A stretch of 16,962 bases of DNA from an uncultured Gemmatimonadota bacterium (GTDB lineage Bacteria > SM23-81 > DAOVCL01), in NCBI GenBank assembly GCA_964626665.1, contig CAZVGK010000048.1:1-16962 (forward strand). Direction: 5' to 3'. The notes beneath the pieces were generated by a model, which did not search any database, was not told where the DNA came from, and saw only the letters and a program-made list of their open reading frames with translations. Position numbers and translations under genes: made by a program. Shown one piece after another: positions 15,123 through 16,962 of the stretch. Within the stretch, counting starts at the first letter, position 1. Each line of letters begins with the position of its first letter.

Positions 15123-16912
15123 TGGCTTATCTCATAAATCCTTTTCTGGAGTTCTCCCAAAGCCAGGGAGAGTCGGACGGGATCACCGAAGCGTCGGATC
15201 ACTCCTGGTCCATACCCTATTCGGTCAAAGGGAGGGATGCGAAATACCTCTGCTCGAATCTCCTCGATTCCTCCGATACGATACTTCTCCAAGAGGGTCA
15301 AAAGGACTTCTCTTGCATCTGTACCGAAACTATTGAGAAAGGATTGATGGAGATTGAGCATTCTCTGGACTCGTTGGTCACGGCTCAGGATCGGGGCATT
15401 AAAGGCTAAATGAGCAAGTAAATCAAAGGTATCGACATCGGGCATTTTCAGAAAAAGGGCAAGGAGTTCGGGATAGATGGATTCATTTCTAAGATCTTGT
15501 AGAAAAGAACGGCGGGATTCCCTCTCCAACCAAATCTTCTTCAGATCTTCTAAAGAGGCGGCCCGTTGGATAATGTCTTTCTTGGAGTACTCGATATATT
15601 CAGCCTCAGTGAGCTTCTTGCCATCAGAGGTGTAAACCAGGCGGGTCTGCTCTTCGATGTGCACCTCCAGATTATGGATGACGATTTTCTTGGCTTTTGG
15701 AGCCTCCCGCTTGAGTTCAATAATCAAGGGTGGACTGTCCGTCTCTGGGGTGATAGTCAACTTGCGACTGCGAAAACCCTTTGCTGAGAGGAAGAGGGTA
15801 ATGGGTGAGTGGGGAAGTTTGGTAAGTGTGAACTTCCCCTCTTTGTTTGTACTGGCCCTCCGTTGCATATTTGGGCCGATCTCGGCTATGACCTTAACAT
15901 TTGGTATGGATGTCATTACCTCGTATTCTACAACCATCCCCTGGAGGTATAGGTCAAGAGGTCCCTCAACTATCTTTCCAGGTTTACCTTCCAGAGGTTC
16001 TTCCCATCCATCGAGCAGCCTGGTGGCATTCACATAATCTATGATGCGAAAGAAATACTTACCGGTTAAGGAGTCAACTCTGCTGCCCCGACCGATGATC
16101 TGCTTGAAGACCACTTTTGAGGCAATGGGCTTGAGCAGAACTATGTTGTGGACAGAGGGTATATCCACCCCAGTAGTCAAAAGGTCTACCGTAGTAGCAA
16201 CTACAGGTGCTGTTTTCTCCGAATCCTTAAACCGCTCGTATATCTCATCCACATCTGGTTCCTCAGCTACAATCCTGACGGCATAATCAGGATAACCCAA
16301 ATGGGAAAAGTGGTTCTGCAGCTCTTTGGCCACTTCAGCCGCATGGTCTATGGTTGCACAGTAGACAATGCTTCTCTGGGTAGGGCCGAAGGCCTCAAGC
16401 TGGCGAGCCAAATGATCACATAAGGTTTTTGTCCGATCTGGAACTATAATCTCCCGCTCGAAGTTCTGCATAGTGTAAAACTCCCTCGGTTCGATCTCTT
16501 CAGGAATATAGATTTGTGCTCCCTGGTAGATTGCCTCCTGAAGATGAAGGCCGTCTTTATCGATATTGGTGAAGGTGCGGAAGAGTTGAAAGGGGGCAAG
16601 AAATCCATCGGAAACTCCCTGAGCGAAACTGTAGGAATAAACCGGTTCTCCAAAGTAGGCATAGGTATCGATATTATCAGTCCGCTTGGGAGTTGCGGTC
16701 ATACCAAGATGGATAGCGCTTTTAAAATGTTTCAAAATCTCATGCCAGGTACCAAACCCAGAACGGTGGCATTCATCGATAATTACCAGATCGAAAAAAT
16801 CGGGAGGATATTCCTGATAGAGCCTTTTACCGTTCCGTTCGCTATAGAAGGCCTGATAGATGCTAAAGTAGATATCCCTGGTTTTGGGTGCTTTTCCCTC
16901 CTCAATATAGCG
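15119..16912 (-). pseudogene. hsdR: Type I R-M restriction subunit HsdR (EcoAI/EcoEI-like), 5'-truncated or interrupted
   Basis: The frame stays open for 68 codons above the track's TTG (16735) and reads RYIEEGKAPKTRDIYFSIYQ...FFDLVIIDECHRSG; then GMTATP, LLTTGVD, FKQIIGRGSR and an EcoEI_R_C-like end (D.FDLLAHLAF, AREVL..LLEKY). In-frame TAA at 16940-16942; no Walker A or nuclease domain in the window. Confidence 0.85.
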
Positions 16913-16962
16913 GATCTTCCACTTAAGGATGTGATATTTTTAACATCTAACTATTTGTTTTT
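16913..16962. other. AT-rich non-hsdR sequence abutting the hsdR break; possible end of an insertion element
   Basis: HsdR-like translation ends at about 16912 and is replaced by GATCTTCCACTTAAGGATGTGATATTTTTAAC..., which contains an in-frame stop. Only about 50 nt visible, so no family assigned. Confidence 0.35.

Noticed and set aside
671-16662. Numerous short antisense or alternate-frame ORFs in the track (e.g. 1792..2199, 5020..5430, 6041..6577, 7702..8250, 14478..14810, 15657..16037)
   Set aside because: All lie within well-supported genes and show no independent motifs; treated as shadow ORFs.
15119-16735. 538-aa ORF as a complete standalone helicase
   Set aside because: Its TTG start lies downstream of the DECH motif; it is the remainder of a truncated hsdR.
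1-16962. CRISPR array, tRNA, rRNA, integrase or transposase gene
   Set aside because: No regularly spaced direct repeats, cloverleaf motifs or recombinase/transposase signatures were seen by eye.

Overview
Bacterial chromosomal window; the gingipain-like protein with a NYPNPFN/FlgD-type C-terminal domain suggests an FCB-associated lineage (inference only). The + strand carries a large secreted C25 cysteine peptidase, then an ABC-F ATPase overlapping hflX. The - strand, read right to left, carries a Type I restriction-modification locus (hsdR-hsdM-[small DUF5678-like gene + 38-codon ORF]-hsdS), then DUF402-ltaE-ybjQ, then a Tat-signal protein and a divergent RecJ-like DHH protein that converges on hflX. 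The R-M locus is the most unusual part. hsdS is split by a +1 frameshift in a C8 tract just inside TRD2, and removing one C restores a clean 403-aa HsdS. hsdR has lost its N-terminus at a sharp junction near the right edge and carries a carboxypeptidase-regulatory-like domain. A DUF5678-like gene and an apparent internally deleted aspartic protease sit between hsdM and hsdS. Other signals: an in-frame-deleted ybjQ, a GTAG-type REP doublet with covarying stems, a non-triplet heptamer repeat in the peptidase C-terminal domain, and a perfect leftward sigma70 promoter. No tRNA, rRNA, CRISPR array or transposase gene was seen.
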